A DNA stretch of 64,000 nt, taken from Octopus sinensis. Its lineage: Eukaryota. Positions 13,151 to 25,576 of the stretch are shown here, one piece after another. Position 1 is the first letter of the stretch. Each line of letters opens with the position of its first letter. Below the pieces are notes generated by a model. That model made no database searches. It had not been told where the DNA came from and saw nothing but the letters and a program-made list of their open reading frames with translations. The stretch is from assembly GCF_006345805.1 (NCBI RefSeq), contig NC_042998.1, positions 98,084,001 to 98,148,000 of the forward strand, given 5' to 3'. The position numbers and the translations under genes were made by a program.

Positions 13151-14626
13151 CTAGTTAATTATTATGTTTTTGATCAACATTTATCATGATATAACTGTTC
13201 CCCTCCCAATCTTATAATTATATTTGGCACTCCTTGAGACATATAAAAACAAATTTTTTGTCACCCAGTCCACAGACTGTCTCACACACTTGACTTCACT
13301 TACCATTCATTACTTCATTAAACTTAGCTGAAGAGCCTGACCACAATGTTGATCCCCCAACCCCCACACCAACTGCAATTGTTTATTTCAACACACTAAG
13401 CCCATTTAACAATTATATGGAGATATTTGGTAACACCCAAAGAGCAAATCAATGCAACGCTGGTTGCTGTACAGTTAGTCGCTAACCTCTTTTCATTCAG
13501 AAGCTTTTGGTTTCAATTTATTTCTTGTTAAAGATTTGATTTTAATATTTTATCTCATTTCACCTTTTCATAGGGTGAATGAGTAATTAATGTTTAATGA
13601 AGGATCTAGTATCAAAATGAAGATATAGATATGAATAAAATTTGATATAGAAAAACTTGAGACCCACAGGAGTCAGAAATACAGACAACTAGACAATTAT
13701 TTGAAGAATGTATATATAACTATGAAATAAAGATGGTTCCATTTGTTATTTCATGGGATAGTTTGTCAGTTAGAAAGAATACACATTCCAGAACAATAGC
13801 TTTCAATGATTATAACCTATATCCAAGTATCAGTTATTAAGGACAACAGAAACTTTCTTCAGAAAAGACAAAAACAATTTTTTAAAAAATAAGACTCAGA
13901 ATATAAAAATAACATAATTGTGTTATGGGTGTGAGAAAGAAAACATATGACAATGTTTAACCTACAACAAATGTTTATATATATGTATATAAAATCCTAT
14001 ATGCTGAACTTAAAATTCTAAATTACTTCTTAGTAGTCGATAGTTTAACCCTTTAGTATTCTGTCAATTACAATGCTAAGTTAGACAAAGTGCAGTTCAG
14101 CTTTGTCTGGGGAAGAAGCACTACCATCACTATTTTCATAGTCAGGCAACTGCAAGAGAAGTACTTAGCTAAGAATAAACCATTATACTTGGCATTTGTT
14201 GATCTAGAGAAAGCCTTCGACAGAGTGCTCTGAGGAAGATAAGGATAGGCTGGTGAAAGCTGTACAGGCCAGGTACAAAGATGTCAGTAAGGTGGAAGTT
14301 AATGGGTACATATTTCGTGTACAGGTAGGAGTTCATCAGTACTGTCCTCAGTCCCCTCCTTTTCATCATTATCCTCCCTGGACATAACAGAAGAATTCAA
14401 GATAAACAGCCCCTGGGAAATACTATATGCTGATGATCTTGCCTTTGTAGCAGACTCTATATCAGAGCTAGAAGAGAAATTCCAAGTGTGGAAGCAAAAC
14501 CTGTACTCTAAGGGCCTTAAAGTTAAATTAGGAAAGATTAAGGTTCTAGTAAGCAAGAAAACTGACAAGACCCTACCCCACTCAGGTAGTTGGCCCTGTT
14601 TGATTTGTAGGAAAGGCATAGACAGG

Positions 14627-14715
14627 AATCCACTGCATCTTTTGTGTGTCCATATATTATACTTGGTACAGTGTATCCAACATAATATATGGACACACAA
14701 AAGATGCAGTGGATT
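14627..14715. repeat. Perfect 34-bp inverted repeat with a 21-nt spacer
   Basis: aatccactgcatcttttgtgtgtccatatattat (14627-14660) is the exact reverse complement of 14682-14715. Confidence 0.97.
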
Positions 14716-15409
14716 AATAGGATGGTAATCAGAGAAAATGGTTTTTATATGTGGAAGATGCACAGGATCCATAAAAACTTAGAGATCGGGAAATTAATTC
14801 TCTCAAATTCCCAGGTGGCTCATTAGAGGTAGTATATAATTTCCGCTACCTATGGGCCAAAATGAGTAGCAGGAGAGGATGCATGGAGAATGTGGTGGCT
14901 AGAATAAGAATAGGATGGAGGGAATTTAGAGCTGTTACCTCTGTTGGCCATTAAGGTTTCTCCCTCTGAATGAAAGGAGGGTTGTATGATGCATGTATAT
15001 GGACAGCAATTCTACATGGTAGTGAGATGTAGGCCCAGAATGCAGAGGACATGCAAAGGCTGGAAAGGAATGAGGCTAGAATGCTCCACTTGATATGTAA
15101 CATAAGTCTACATGTTCAACAGACTGCTAGTTGTGTCCAGGAGAGAAGACTGCACTGGTTTGGTTCTAAGATACGGATGGGTGCCAACAGCTCCGTAAAG
15201 AAGTGCCAATCTTTCACGGTAGATGGAACATGTGGAAATGAGAGACCCAAGAAGACATAGGATGAAAAACTGAAGAACGACCTCGGGATATTGAACCTAT
15301 CGGGTAAGATGACGAAGAACTGAGATGCCTTGCTGTATTCAAGAAGACCTGTACTCCACAGCAGAAGTGCTAAGACCTATCCCTCCGGTGGTGAAAGGCA
15401 CTCGTGGTG

Positions 15410-15601
15410 ATGTCATATAAAAGTGCCTGTGCAGTGCCATGCAAAAGCACTTGTGTGATACCATACAAAAATGTCTGTGCAGTGCCATGTAAAAACGCTC
15501 GTGTGGTGCCATGTAAAAGCTCCCAGGAGGTGCCACATAAAAGTGCCAGCGTGGTATCACATAAAAGTTCCTGTGCAATGCCAGGTAAAAGCACCCAGCT
15601 C
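15410..15601 (+). repeat. Eight-unit 24-bp minisatellite in the LINE 3' UTR
   Basis: Units resemble gtgccatgtaaaagcacttgtgtg at an exact 24-bp period; this explains the 8-aa repeat ORF 15404-15754. Confidence 0.92.
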
Positions 15602-16013
15602 ACTCTCAAGTGGTTGGCATTAAGAAGGGCATCCATCTGTAGAAACCATGCCAAATCAGATCAGAGTCTGGTGCGGATTCCCAGCTTGCCAGCTCTGATC
15701 AAACTGTCTAACCCATGCCAGCATAGACAACAGACATTAAATGATGATATCTGAAATTTGAGATTTTGATATATGATTATTTTTAAGACATTGTAGGATA
15801 GATATGAGAGGCTGGGTCTGGTCCATTTGGATATAAAACTGTTAGAATATTTGAGCTGGATATAGCAGTTTAAATACTAAAGGGTTAACCACTAACATAC
15901 TTTCATTGTTATATTTTTAATGATTTAAATGGATTAGTAATCTTAGAGTTTTGTTTGTTCATTTTTATATTTTCCTTGCTTTTACAGACAATTAATGGGT
16001 ATTGTGAAGGAGA

Positions 16014-16178
16014 AAAAAATGTCGGCAATATTCCACAGAATATCTGACCTATGCAATTTTTTTCCATGACCAGACAATATTACAAAACCAAGGTGTCACA
16101 AGTATAGCAGCATTTTCAGATGTGAGACCATTTGCTCTATAACAAGAAATGCAAATCCAATTTGTAGTGTACCAAAAA

Positions 16179-16209
<31 letters not shown>

Positions 16210-16915
16210 TTTACTGTTGACTTCTAAGCAAGGATCATTGTAATTGACTTCATCACTTAGTAACACTTTAGAACAGTATAGTAGCACTTCTGAATAGTAA
16301 GCAGCTTCATGAACAGTTGGTTGCCACTAGATGTGAAACATTTTCTCTCACATATATTTCAAAAGCTTGATTTGCAGAACAAACAATTACAAGGAGAAAA
16401 CTGTAATTATATATCTTGTAAAGAAGCTATTACTGCTTTCATTGAAAAACTCAGAGTTAATAATACAGGATGCCATGAGAGAATATAGTTTCTAGCATTA
16501 GATACCATTCGCACTGATAATCTTTTTGTCTATGTTGAGTATTTCAAGCATTTGTACATTGATATAGAAATTTTGTTCAGCAACTTGTTGATGAACATTC
16601 CTGGCTGAACAGTGGAGCCATTTGGATAAATGCAACTTGTGTTGACATAACATAACAGGGAAGCCTCATTGAGTTACGGAGTAAGATTCAAACTTGGAAA
16701 ACATAATTAATGGAAAAGCAGGGAAACTGATAGGCAGTTATCACTTCTCTAAACGAAAAATTGTATGTTATTGTTTTTATAACTTCTTACCTTGTTAAAA
16801 CTGAGGAAGGTAAACTTACCTACTATGAGAAGCTAAGATTATAAATAATCTCCAATTGTCATTAACACTGTAGCTAGCTACTGAAACACATTACATCAAC
16901 AACAAAGCTCATACT
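16014..16915 (+). pseudogene. Decayed, internally deleted hAT-superfamily (ZBED5/FAM200/SCAND3-like) transposase
   Basis: N-terminal KKCRQYSTEYL (from 16014). After an A-tract: LLSKDHC.., HIFQKLDLQNKQLQGENCNYISCKEAITAFIEKL, DNLFVYVEYFKHLYIDIEILFSNLL, SLIELR and ITSYLVKT (resembling PTSYLVExGFS). Stops and frameshifts throughout. Confidence 0.8.
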
Positions 16916-19561
16916 GAATAACGAATCATATTATTTTGTTACTATTTATTTTGTTTTTAAGACTTTTTAAAATAAATTTAATTTATGGAAAGTCTTTATA
17001 GCTTTATGTATTTATAAAATTTTATTTGCTAATATACAATTTCATCTGCAAGGAAATATTTTTTGTAAGCTAATAGAATGACTGGTTTTGTGATGCAGCC
17101 TTGATTGATATACATTGCAAATGGTAAAGTAGTTTGTTATAACTAAAAGCATCTGTGAAGTGTAGGGAGAAAGAGGTAATTTGGATTCAAATAAAGATTA
17201 TGAGCCAAAGAAGGTTGCAAACCACTGATCTATAAGAACAGCAGATAGTAGAACCAAGAGCTAGGATGAAAGAGTTTGTCAAGATAGAATCAAGAGGAGA
17301 TAAAAATATGGCTGAACAGAAAACTGAGCAACATGACTTAAGTGAAAAAAATTTAAAAATTAATAAAGGTCTTAGGATGATTTGCATTTTCATAAACAGC
17401 CAAAATTCTGAACTAACCAAAGACTGAAGACAAAAAATTGAGAGTATAGTTTACATTTGCTCAAACACACTTTATAATTAAATCAAAAGGTTTAATGTAT
17501 TAATCAAAGAAGCAACTACATATCATCAAAATTATTTTATTCATCCTTTGCTTATCTATGTGGAATCACATTTTAATGTAAATATGCTATTGGTACCTTG
17601 ATTTCATTAATAAGGTTACACAATATTTATAGCAATAGCTGAAATGCTTGATCAGAAATTTAAAAACCTTAGTCATAGTACAGTAAGTTTTCTCAGATTA
17701 ACCAAATAAAACTTAGTGACAAAATGAAATAAGTTGAAGGCAATGAAAAGCAGCCAGGTAGTGTTTCTCAGATTAACAGGTACAACCTAAATTTTTGGAA
17801 CATAGGAGGAGAGAAAATGTAAGGCAGAATTAAAGTTAATGAAAGATTAAATCAGTCTTTCATAAGAACAATAAAAAGGAAAAAACATATCAGTTTCAAA
17901 GAAGCAAGATTATAGGTAACCCAAAAGAAAAGTAGAATGAATGAGAAAAGAAAAGTCTTTCCTTCAAAGGGATTAACAAAACAGTTTGAGAATATATACT
18001 GTTAGCTAAAAGGAAATAAGAATGTGTGGAAAAGAAAATTATTGCAAAAAAAAAAAAAAATTGAAGTAAAAATAAAAGTAGTTGACCTGTATGCTGATGG
18101 GATGCATACAATGCAATGAGGGACAGAGGGATTAATGTGGTGAAGCTAGTAACCATTGGTTTCATTTTTGCCACCAGGAATGTATCCCCTTTACACTGGT
18201 GAATCATATGTGTTGTGAATACACACCACCTAAAGGGAGGAGATATTTTCCTCTGGTGAAAAACATCAGTGATAAGATATTCATGTTCAAATTTACCAGA
18301 ATATATTAAGAATGAATAGTTATGTTATTGCTTGGATTCTCTCTGTTCTGCATGCACCCTTCAAATTATTATGTTTGGCAGACATTTACACACATTAGCA
18401 AATACTTTGTTTGCTGATTCATATAAACAAGAGCTCATGCTCTTGTGGAAATCATTTGTCTGGTCATGAAGTTACTGCAACTAAAGTGATGCACAAAAAG
18501 GTCAAAACACTGCTGTGTCTCAAAGTCCCTGTACAGCAGTGAACCAGTGAATCATATGTATTATGAACAAACATTGCCTAAAAGAAGGAGTGGTTTTCTG
18601 GTGATAAAAAAAAACAGCAGTGATTAACATTGGAATCTCCCAGAACATTAAGAATGAATAGATATAGTATTGGAATGTATTATACTATTACTTAAATGTG
18701 ATGCTTTCCTAATGACCACTCTGTAAATTGAAATTAACAAATTTGTGTAAAATACTGTCAACAATGTAATTTTACAGAAACTATTAATCTATGGGGGAAA
18801 ATCTTATGTAAAAATAAAAATCCACTAAATTGACACCACTATTTGAATTTTTAACTGATATTACATAGGAATGACTCCTAATGTCAACCAAGAGAAAATC
18901 AAGAGATAACATTAACATAAACTTGTTAGGAAAATATTTTCATATATTACATTAATTTGTATGAAGACTGGCTTTTATCTAACAATCACAAATTGTTTTG
19001 AATGTGCAATTACTCTATCAAGCAAGAAGTATATGTTAAAGGACTACAAGCAATGTCTATACACCAATAATAAATATTCATTCTTAAATTGTAAACAAAC
19101 CCAGACTTCTTTTACACAGCCAATTCAAACACTGCTTCTAAATTAAATATTTTATAAGTAATTACACTAAAGTGAATTTAAAAAGTTGTCATTTTGCCTA
19201 AGGCTTAAAGCTTAATTAAACATTAAAAATACAAAAACACTGTCTTCCTTATTTATCATAGAAAGGGATGTAGATGACAGAAGTTAATTGAATATTGGAA
19301 AAAATATCTTGCCATATTTAGTTCTACCCTTCTACATTCAGCCCCCCAAAAACGTGACCTTGTATCTCTGTTATGAAATTATTATTTGTCATAAAGAAGG
19401 TAGTGGTGTGGCAGAAAAAGTAGTGATCAAATAAATGCCTACAAGTATTCAGTTACCAAAATATCATAAGTATATGACCTTGTGTCCAAGAAATCATTGC
19501 AATCTTCACAGGAGGTTTATTATATATAAATAGTTTTGCTTGGTAGTGGTAAATTAATGAG

Positions 19562-20513
19562 CATCATCATCATCATCATCATCATTTAGCGTCCGTTTTC
19601 CATGCTAGCATGGGTTGGACGGTTCAACTGGGGTCTGAAGCTGGAAGGCTTCATCAGGCCCAGTCAGATCTGGTAGTGTTTCTACGGCTGGATGCCCTTC
19701 CTAACGCCAACCACTCCGTGAGTGTAGTGGGTGCTTTTTACGTGCCACCCGCACAGGTGCCAGACAGAGCTGGCAAACGGCCACGAACGGATGGTGCTTT
19801 TACGTGTCACTGGCACGGGGGCCAGGCGAGGCTGGCAACGGACACGAACGGATGGTGCTTTTACATGCCACCAACACGGGGGCCAGACAGAGCTGGCAAA
19901 CGGCCACGAAACGGATGGTGCTTTTACGTGTCACCGGCACGGGGGCCAGGGGAGGCTGGCAATGGACACGAACGGATGGTGCTTTTACGTGCCACCGACA
20001 CGGGGGCCAGACAGGGCTGCCAAATGGCCACAAACGGATGGTGCTTTTACGTGTCACCGGCACGGGGGCCAGGAAAGGCTGGCAACGAACACGAATGGAT
20101 GGTGCTTTTACGTGCCACCGACACGGAGCCCAGACAGGGCTGGCAAACGGCCACGAATGGATGGTGCTTTTACGTGTCACCGGCACGGGGGCCAGGCAAG
20201 GCTGGCAACGAACACGAATGGATGGTGCTTTTACATGCCACCAACACGGGGGCCAGACGGGGCTGGCAAATGGCCATGAACGGATGGTGCTTTTACGTGT
20301 CACCTGCACGGGGGCCCTGATGTTGATCGACCTCAATTTGGTTCTGCTTTCTGATATATGAATTGATTTGGTTTGATTTTGATTTTGACTGTTCTCACTG
20401 GTCTTGCCGGGTTTTCTCACGCACAGCATACTTCCAAAGGTCTCGGTCTCTGGTCATTTCCTTGGTGAGACCTAAAGTTCGAAGGTCGTGCTTCACCACC
20501 TCGACCCAGGTTT
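19562..20513 (-). mobile_element. Young 5'-truncated RTE-like LINE 3' end
   Basis: The minus strand encodes the RT C-terminus TWVEVVKHDLRTLGLTKEMTRDRDLWKYAVREKTRQDQ*, followed by a tandem array, the conserved terminus (ccactacact..ggcgttaggaagggcatccagc..gcatggaaaacggacgctaaa) and a (GAT)n tail; CpG-rich. Confidence 0.92.
19731..20318. repeat. Tandem array of alternating 62-63-bp (A) and 61-bp (B) units
   Basis: gtgcttttac recurs at 19731, 19794, 19855, 19918, 19979, 20041, 20102, 20164, 20225 and 20287. Confidence 0.97.
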
Positions 20514-21624
20514 AAAATGGTGATATGACTATTTAAAGAAGATGGCAAACTGCTCATCTCATATTAGGTTGGAGACAATGGGATATCTTTGTTGTTTGAT
20601 GCTTGTTTCAAAACTAAGCTCATGAAAAAAAAAAAACGTTGCTATGTAGGTTTGAAATTATATAGTGGAGATGATAATTACTATTAGAGTAACTATTCAG
20701 ACAGATAATTTCCATGAAATAAATAAAAGATGTGTCAAATTAAAATAAATCTTTCTTTTTTTCTTTTTTTTTTTCTTTTTAAACATTTTTTTTTATAAGT
20801 AGTAATAACAAATAAGGCAGCAAGCTGACAAAGTCATTAGCATGTCAAAGTGCTAAACAGCATTTCTTCCAGCACTATGTTTTGTGTTCAATTGCTGCCA
20901 AGGTCAACTTTCCTTTCATCCCCTTAAAGTCAATAAAATAAAGTACCAGTCAAGTAATAGGACTGATGTAATTGACATGTCCCCTGCCCTCAAAATTGCA
21001 TCCTGTTCAAGGGGAATGTGATTTCAGTCACTTCTATTCTATGGAAACTGGGTAACTGGTCTTATGAGCCCTAGGGCTCAAGAAAACAAATCAAATAAAT
21101 TTGAAAAAATAGTCAGTAAAACATCTAATAAATATTTAATAAGTTTCACAGAGAAGAAGTAGATGAATGTGTTGACTACTGACCATATAGTTCAAACCTT
21201 GATACATTTAAAGAAGGCACAAAACTGTTTGTCCTGTACAAGGTTGATGATCACAAATAACACTGTTTTCTTATAACAGATTATACATGTGTAAAATCAC
21301 TTCCTCTGACAATATGTAAATGTTCAAATTTATATAAAACATCATTGATGAAGATAGCACTTCATCAAAGCCTTAACCATGCTGACTAAAACAAACTAAA
21401 GGACCCATGCCAATATGAATGTCATAAACAAGAACAATAATTACAAACAATAAGGTGGAGTTTGAATGCTTGAGAGATAAAGACCTTGTTCAAGAAACAC
21501 CTACAGCAAATTTATGAATTCAGAATTAGACATGTCCAAAACTGAATGCAAGCCTGATAATCTGAAACTGGACAGTTCTGAGCACAAGCTTTATCATAAT
21601 TAATTTAGGATGTGAATTTGTGAG

Positions 21625-22020
21625 GGGTAGGTACAGCCATGTGGTTAAGAAGTTTGCTTCCCACCTACAATCATGGGTAAAACATTTTCTACTAAAGCCC
21701 AAGGCTGACAAAACAAAGCCTTGCGAGTGGACGTGGTATACAGAAACTGAAAGAAGCACATCATGTGTGTGTGTGTGCGTGTGTGTGCATGAACACATGC
21801 ATTTGTGTTACCTTATCTTGACATATTGTGTTAGTTGTAAGTAAGTGTCACTGTCATACAATCAGTGTCATTTATTTCCAATATTCAGCAAAAACAGAAA
21901 TATTACCTTGCTTGGAAATAGGTGAGGGTTGGTGATGGGAAGAACATTTGGCTGTAGCAAATCTGCCTTAATTCCATCTGAACCATGCAAGCATGGAAAA
22001 GTAGGTACTAAAATGAATCT
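21625..22020 (+). mobile_element. tRNA-headed SINE variant with an RTE-like tail
   Basis: gccatgtggttaagaagtttgcttccc..aaagccttgcgagtgg..gaaactgaaagaagc..(TG)n..ccttgcttggaaataggtgagggttgg..ccatgcaagcatggaaaag. Confidence 0.8.
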
Positions 22021-22345
22021 CCATCATCTTCATCATTGTTTAACTTCTAGCTTCCATGCTAGCATAGGTGAGAATGTTTGACAGGATCTGGCCAGGCAGA
22101 AGTCTGCACCAAACTTCTGTGTCTGTTTTGGTAGGATTTTTACAGCTGGATGCCCTTCCTAACACTAACCACCCAGCAGAGTGGACTGGGTGCTTTTTAT
22201 GTGGCACAAGCACAGGCTAGGTCAGATTTGGCAAGTTTTTTTACAGTTGGGTGCCCTTGCAAATGCCAACCACTTTACAGTGTGAACTGGATACTTTTTA
22301 AGTGGCACCTCCACTGACAACGTCACCGGGTAACTTGCAAGGCAA
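22020..22345 (-). mobile_element. RTE-type 3'-tail retroposon fragment
   Basis: catc..ccatgctagcatagg..gctggatgcccttcctaacactaaccac; a second gggtgcccttgcaaatgccaaccactttacag segment follows. Confidence 0.75.
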
Positions 22346-22470
22346 AATTCTTTTAAGAGGGGAGGGGGCATTGGAGGAGATGATCTTGTGTCAGAAGATG
22401 AAAGGTTATAGTAAGACAGAGAGACAGAAATGGATGTCTTGCTGTAGGGGAGATACAAGGTTACCTGACT

Positions 22471-22501
<31 letters not shown>

Positions 22502-24904
22502 TCAGGAATGAGGACAGAAACAGGTGTGCTGCTGTAAAGGAGATACATGGTTACCCAACCTGAGGGAAGTGCAGGAGAAGGAGAGGGTGAATGGGAGACA
22601 ACAGGAGTGAGATAGTGGCAAAGTATCAGGCATACTCACATGGGATGGTCGAGTAAAGGAAGAAAGATATATAGATGGTGGCAAGTGCCAGGGCATACCA
22701 TTGAGGTTCAAAGGTCATAATATAAGTGGCAAAACATTGCCAAAGAAGCGTGATTAGAGTATGGGGGCGGGATCTACTGGATAATAATGATACAGGGAAA
22801 CAGGACAACAAAGATAGAATTGGGGAGTGAGTGTTAAGCATAGTGCATGAAGGAGGAAATGTGAGGAAGAGAAGAGATGTAGAGATGTAATTTGGTTTGT
22901 TGGAGTAGGGTGTGTAAAAAGTTTTACAAATATATATAACATATTATAATTTAATTTTTTAAAACCTATTTTCATAGACAAAATTAAATTCAAAATTTCT
23001 TCGATATTACATTTTTGTTCATAAAAAGGGGAAATGCAAAGAATCTTGAAAATATATATATCAGAAATAATCATTGTAAAAGTTTTTTTCCTTGATGCTT
23101 ATATATGATTCTTTTTATGAGAAATATAACCATAAAAATAAAACCTTTAATAACTCATACTCTAACATCTGAACTGGATTTCTTTATAAATATGGCAGAA
23201 CCTGCTTTATATGAGAAATATGAAAAGCCAGACATTAAAAAAAAGTGATATGGAAATTTTCTTATTTATAGACATATAATTCTGGTTCTCAAGCATTTGC
23301 TTTTAATAGACATTTTAAGCATATTCAAGAATGTCTTGTGGATCACTCAAGGCAACAAATAAACAAAGCAATTTAATTTCTATTATCAACAAATATTAGT
23401 TAATATATGACAATATGTCAGTATGTCTAGTGGTTTGAAAATGGAATTATTCTAATAAAGAGAATCACATACCATCAATGCTTAACATTTTTCTGATTGA
23501 TGTATTATATATCAAAATGTTGATGAATCACCACTAAAATATCCAAGTCTGTTGAATATGTTTCCATAAATAAATCTAAGAGTTGACAATGTTGCCAGAA
23601 TGGTTTGAATTATAACGCAGCTAACCTCGATTATGCTTGAAGTTTGATACACATGAGAAAATACAAAATAATCATAAAAACAAAATGATAATTTAAAGAA
23701 ATATAATTTAAATTTAAAAAATTCCTCCACTGAAACAAATAAAGAGGAAAGAAAAAAGAAAATGAAAAAAAATAACTGCTCTACTAGTTTCTCTTATTGT
23801 TCAACCTATGATTAATATTTAATGAAATTATTAATAATAGTTATCATGTATAGAAGAAAATAACAAAGTGTTATAAAGAAGTGAATTGGGAATTTTCTGA
23901 AACTTGTCTTCACTTATAACATGGCCATACCACCAAGCAATGACAGTTTTTTTTACCATTATTTTTCTCACCATGCAACCATCATACACAGAAATAATCT
24001 CATAGAATAACAAAAATGAAATCATTCAATAATACTGCATTTCATATTAGTGTTTCATTGTGCCAACAAATTCAAAGCATTTCAAACAACAATGCACCTG
24101 TCCCTGCTCTAGTGAACATAATATTTGTCACTCCCTTTTCATTTATTCATTCACATGTCAATGAAAGGATTCATTAATAATTTCTTCATTTCCAAAAACT
24201 TAGTAATTCATAACAAAAGAGTTTAACTACATTATTAAATGGCATAAAAGATCTGCATGATGGGATCTTAAAAAGGACTATGGTTTTGTGAAATTCCATT
24301 ACAAAATATCTTTACATTCCCTATATATATAAAAAAAAAATTGATAAAATTGGGAAATTTTGGAATGCTTTCAAATATTAAAAGTTGAATTCATAACTAT
24401 CAATTACATTTGAAGTTAAAAATAACAGAATAGTCACTAGGAGTAATGGGCCAGTAATGGGTTGTATTAACATGAACCAACAAAGAAATAGAACCAAACA
24501 TCAAGTTGATATAAAAAATAAATTATCTTGCATTAAAATAATTAAAGTATCATAACTCCTAGTTAGAGCACGGATCTAATAACCAAAAGATCGTGATTTT
24601 AACCTAGTTGGTCTTATTTGGCTTTGGTGCAGTCAAACCCATAAATATTCTCTGTCACATTGTATGCACCTATGTGAATATTCAGAATTAATCCTCTAGT
24701 AAAGTGGGTTTGACAAACAAGTGTCTACTAAACAAAAACTTACACATTGATAAACCTTGAGAAGTAGTTGAAGAAAAAGATATCCAGTGACGAAATATTT
24801 ATGCATGTGAACATTTTCAGAACAAGAATTAAAAAAAGAATATAAAAATGTTTATAAGAAAGTAATACAATTGAAAACTGTGCTAAGGCAAAAAATAAAC
24901 TTCT

Positions 24905-25098
24905 GCATGGTTATTTGTCCTGCCAAAAATAGCAGTCAAATTTCCTTCAAAGTATATTCTATCATTATAAATGAGAACAGAACTTATTAGGTAATATAAT
25001 CCAACATGGCTCTAAAAAATGGGATGGTCATAACTGGAATGCTTTCAATCATAGGCCTGCTTGACAAAAAGTGGCCTGGAGCTAAACAACAACAACTG
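24905..25098 (+). mobile_element. Short interspersed repeat (reverse copies near 5370-5470 and 47810-47985)
   Basis: atggtcataactggaatgctttcaatcataggcctgc..gctaaacaacaacaac; the same core appears in reverse at the other two sites. Confidence 0.6.
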
Positions 25099-25576
25099 TG
25101 ACTAGAGAAAAGAAACATTTGGACATTTTAGAGGAAATATTTGAACTGGTAAAACTATTTCAAGGGCTACACTGAGCAAATCATTTTTAATAGATGGAGA
25201 CCATTATACCATCCAGCTTTATTGAGAATCAATCCTAACTACTTGAATGTCAAGAGAGTTTGATTTAGATTTCTCTTGTGCTTTGGCAGATAAATGAAAT
25301 ACAGAGCCCTTCCATTTACAGGAAATTGAACAGAATTATTTCCAAAGATTGCTCTATCAGACAAGTGGACAATTTCCAGCTCAAGTGCAGTCTTTGCCTT
25401 TCATTTCATATTATCTTTATGTCTTAAAAGGTTGTCTTCATTGAGACTTACTATTTCAAATATAAATAATCATATAATAGACCTTTCTTGTTTCAATGAT
25501 TACAGTTTGAAAATAATCAAACTTGCTGATGCATATTTATCTCACCAACACACATTTCCTGTGTCTTAGCTCAACC

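Larger units (their letters stand above)
14078..15749 (+). pseudogene. 5'-truncated, decayed RTE-clade LINE (reverse transcriptase, 3' UTR and (GAT)n tail)
   Basis: Translates QFSFVWGRSTTITIFIVRQLQEKYLAKNKPLYLAFVDLEKAFDRVL, then SPLLFII, PWEILYADDLAF (YADD at 14426-14437), KGLKVKLGKIKVLV, FRYL, MQRLERNEARMLHLICN, with stops and frameshifts; ends cagacattaaatgatgat. Confidence 0.92.
14045..15888. mobile_element. TTAA-flanked piggyBac-type MITE split by a LINE (left part 14045-14077, right part ~15755-15888)
   Basis: Left end TTAA-ccctttagtatt and right end aatactaaaggg-TTAA; the right part matches the 3' half of the uninterrupted copy at 54024-54253. Confidence 0.75.

Noticed and set aside
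16212-16336. Apparent minus-strand exon WQPTVHEAAYYSEVLLYCSKVLLSDEVNYNDPCLEVN
   Set aside because: It is the antisense of the plus-strand hAT transposase relic, which explains the open frame.
19610-20429. Long ORFs (182-236 aa) on both strands
   Set aside because: They are by-products of a GC-rich ~123-bp (41-codon) repeat inside a LINE 3' UTR; ORFs are open in several frames and both strands.
23471-23730. Strong minus-strand acceptor at ~23730 and donor at ~23471
   Set aside because: All three frames are closed between them; the peptide is typical AT-rich noise.
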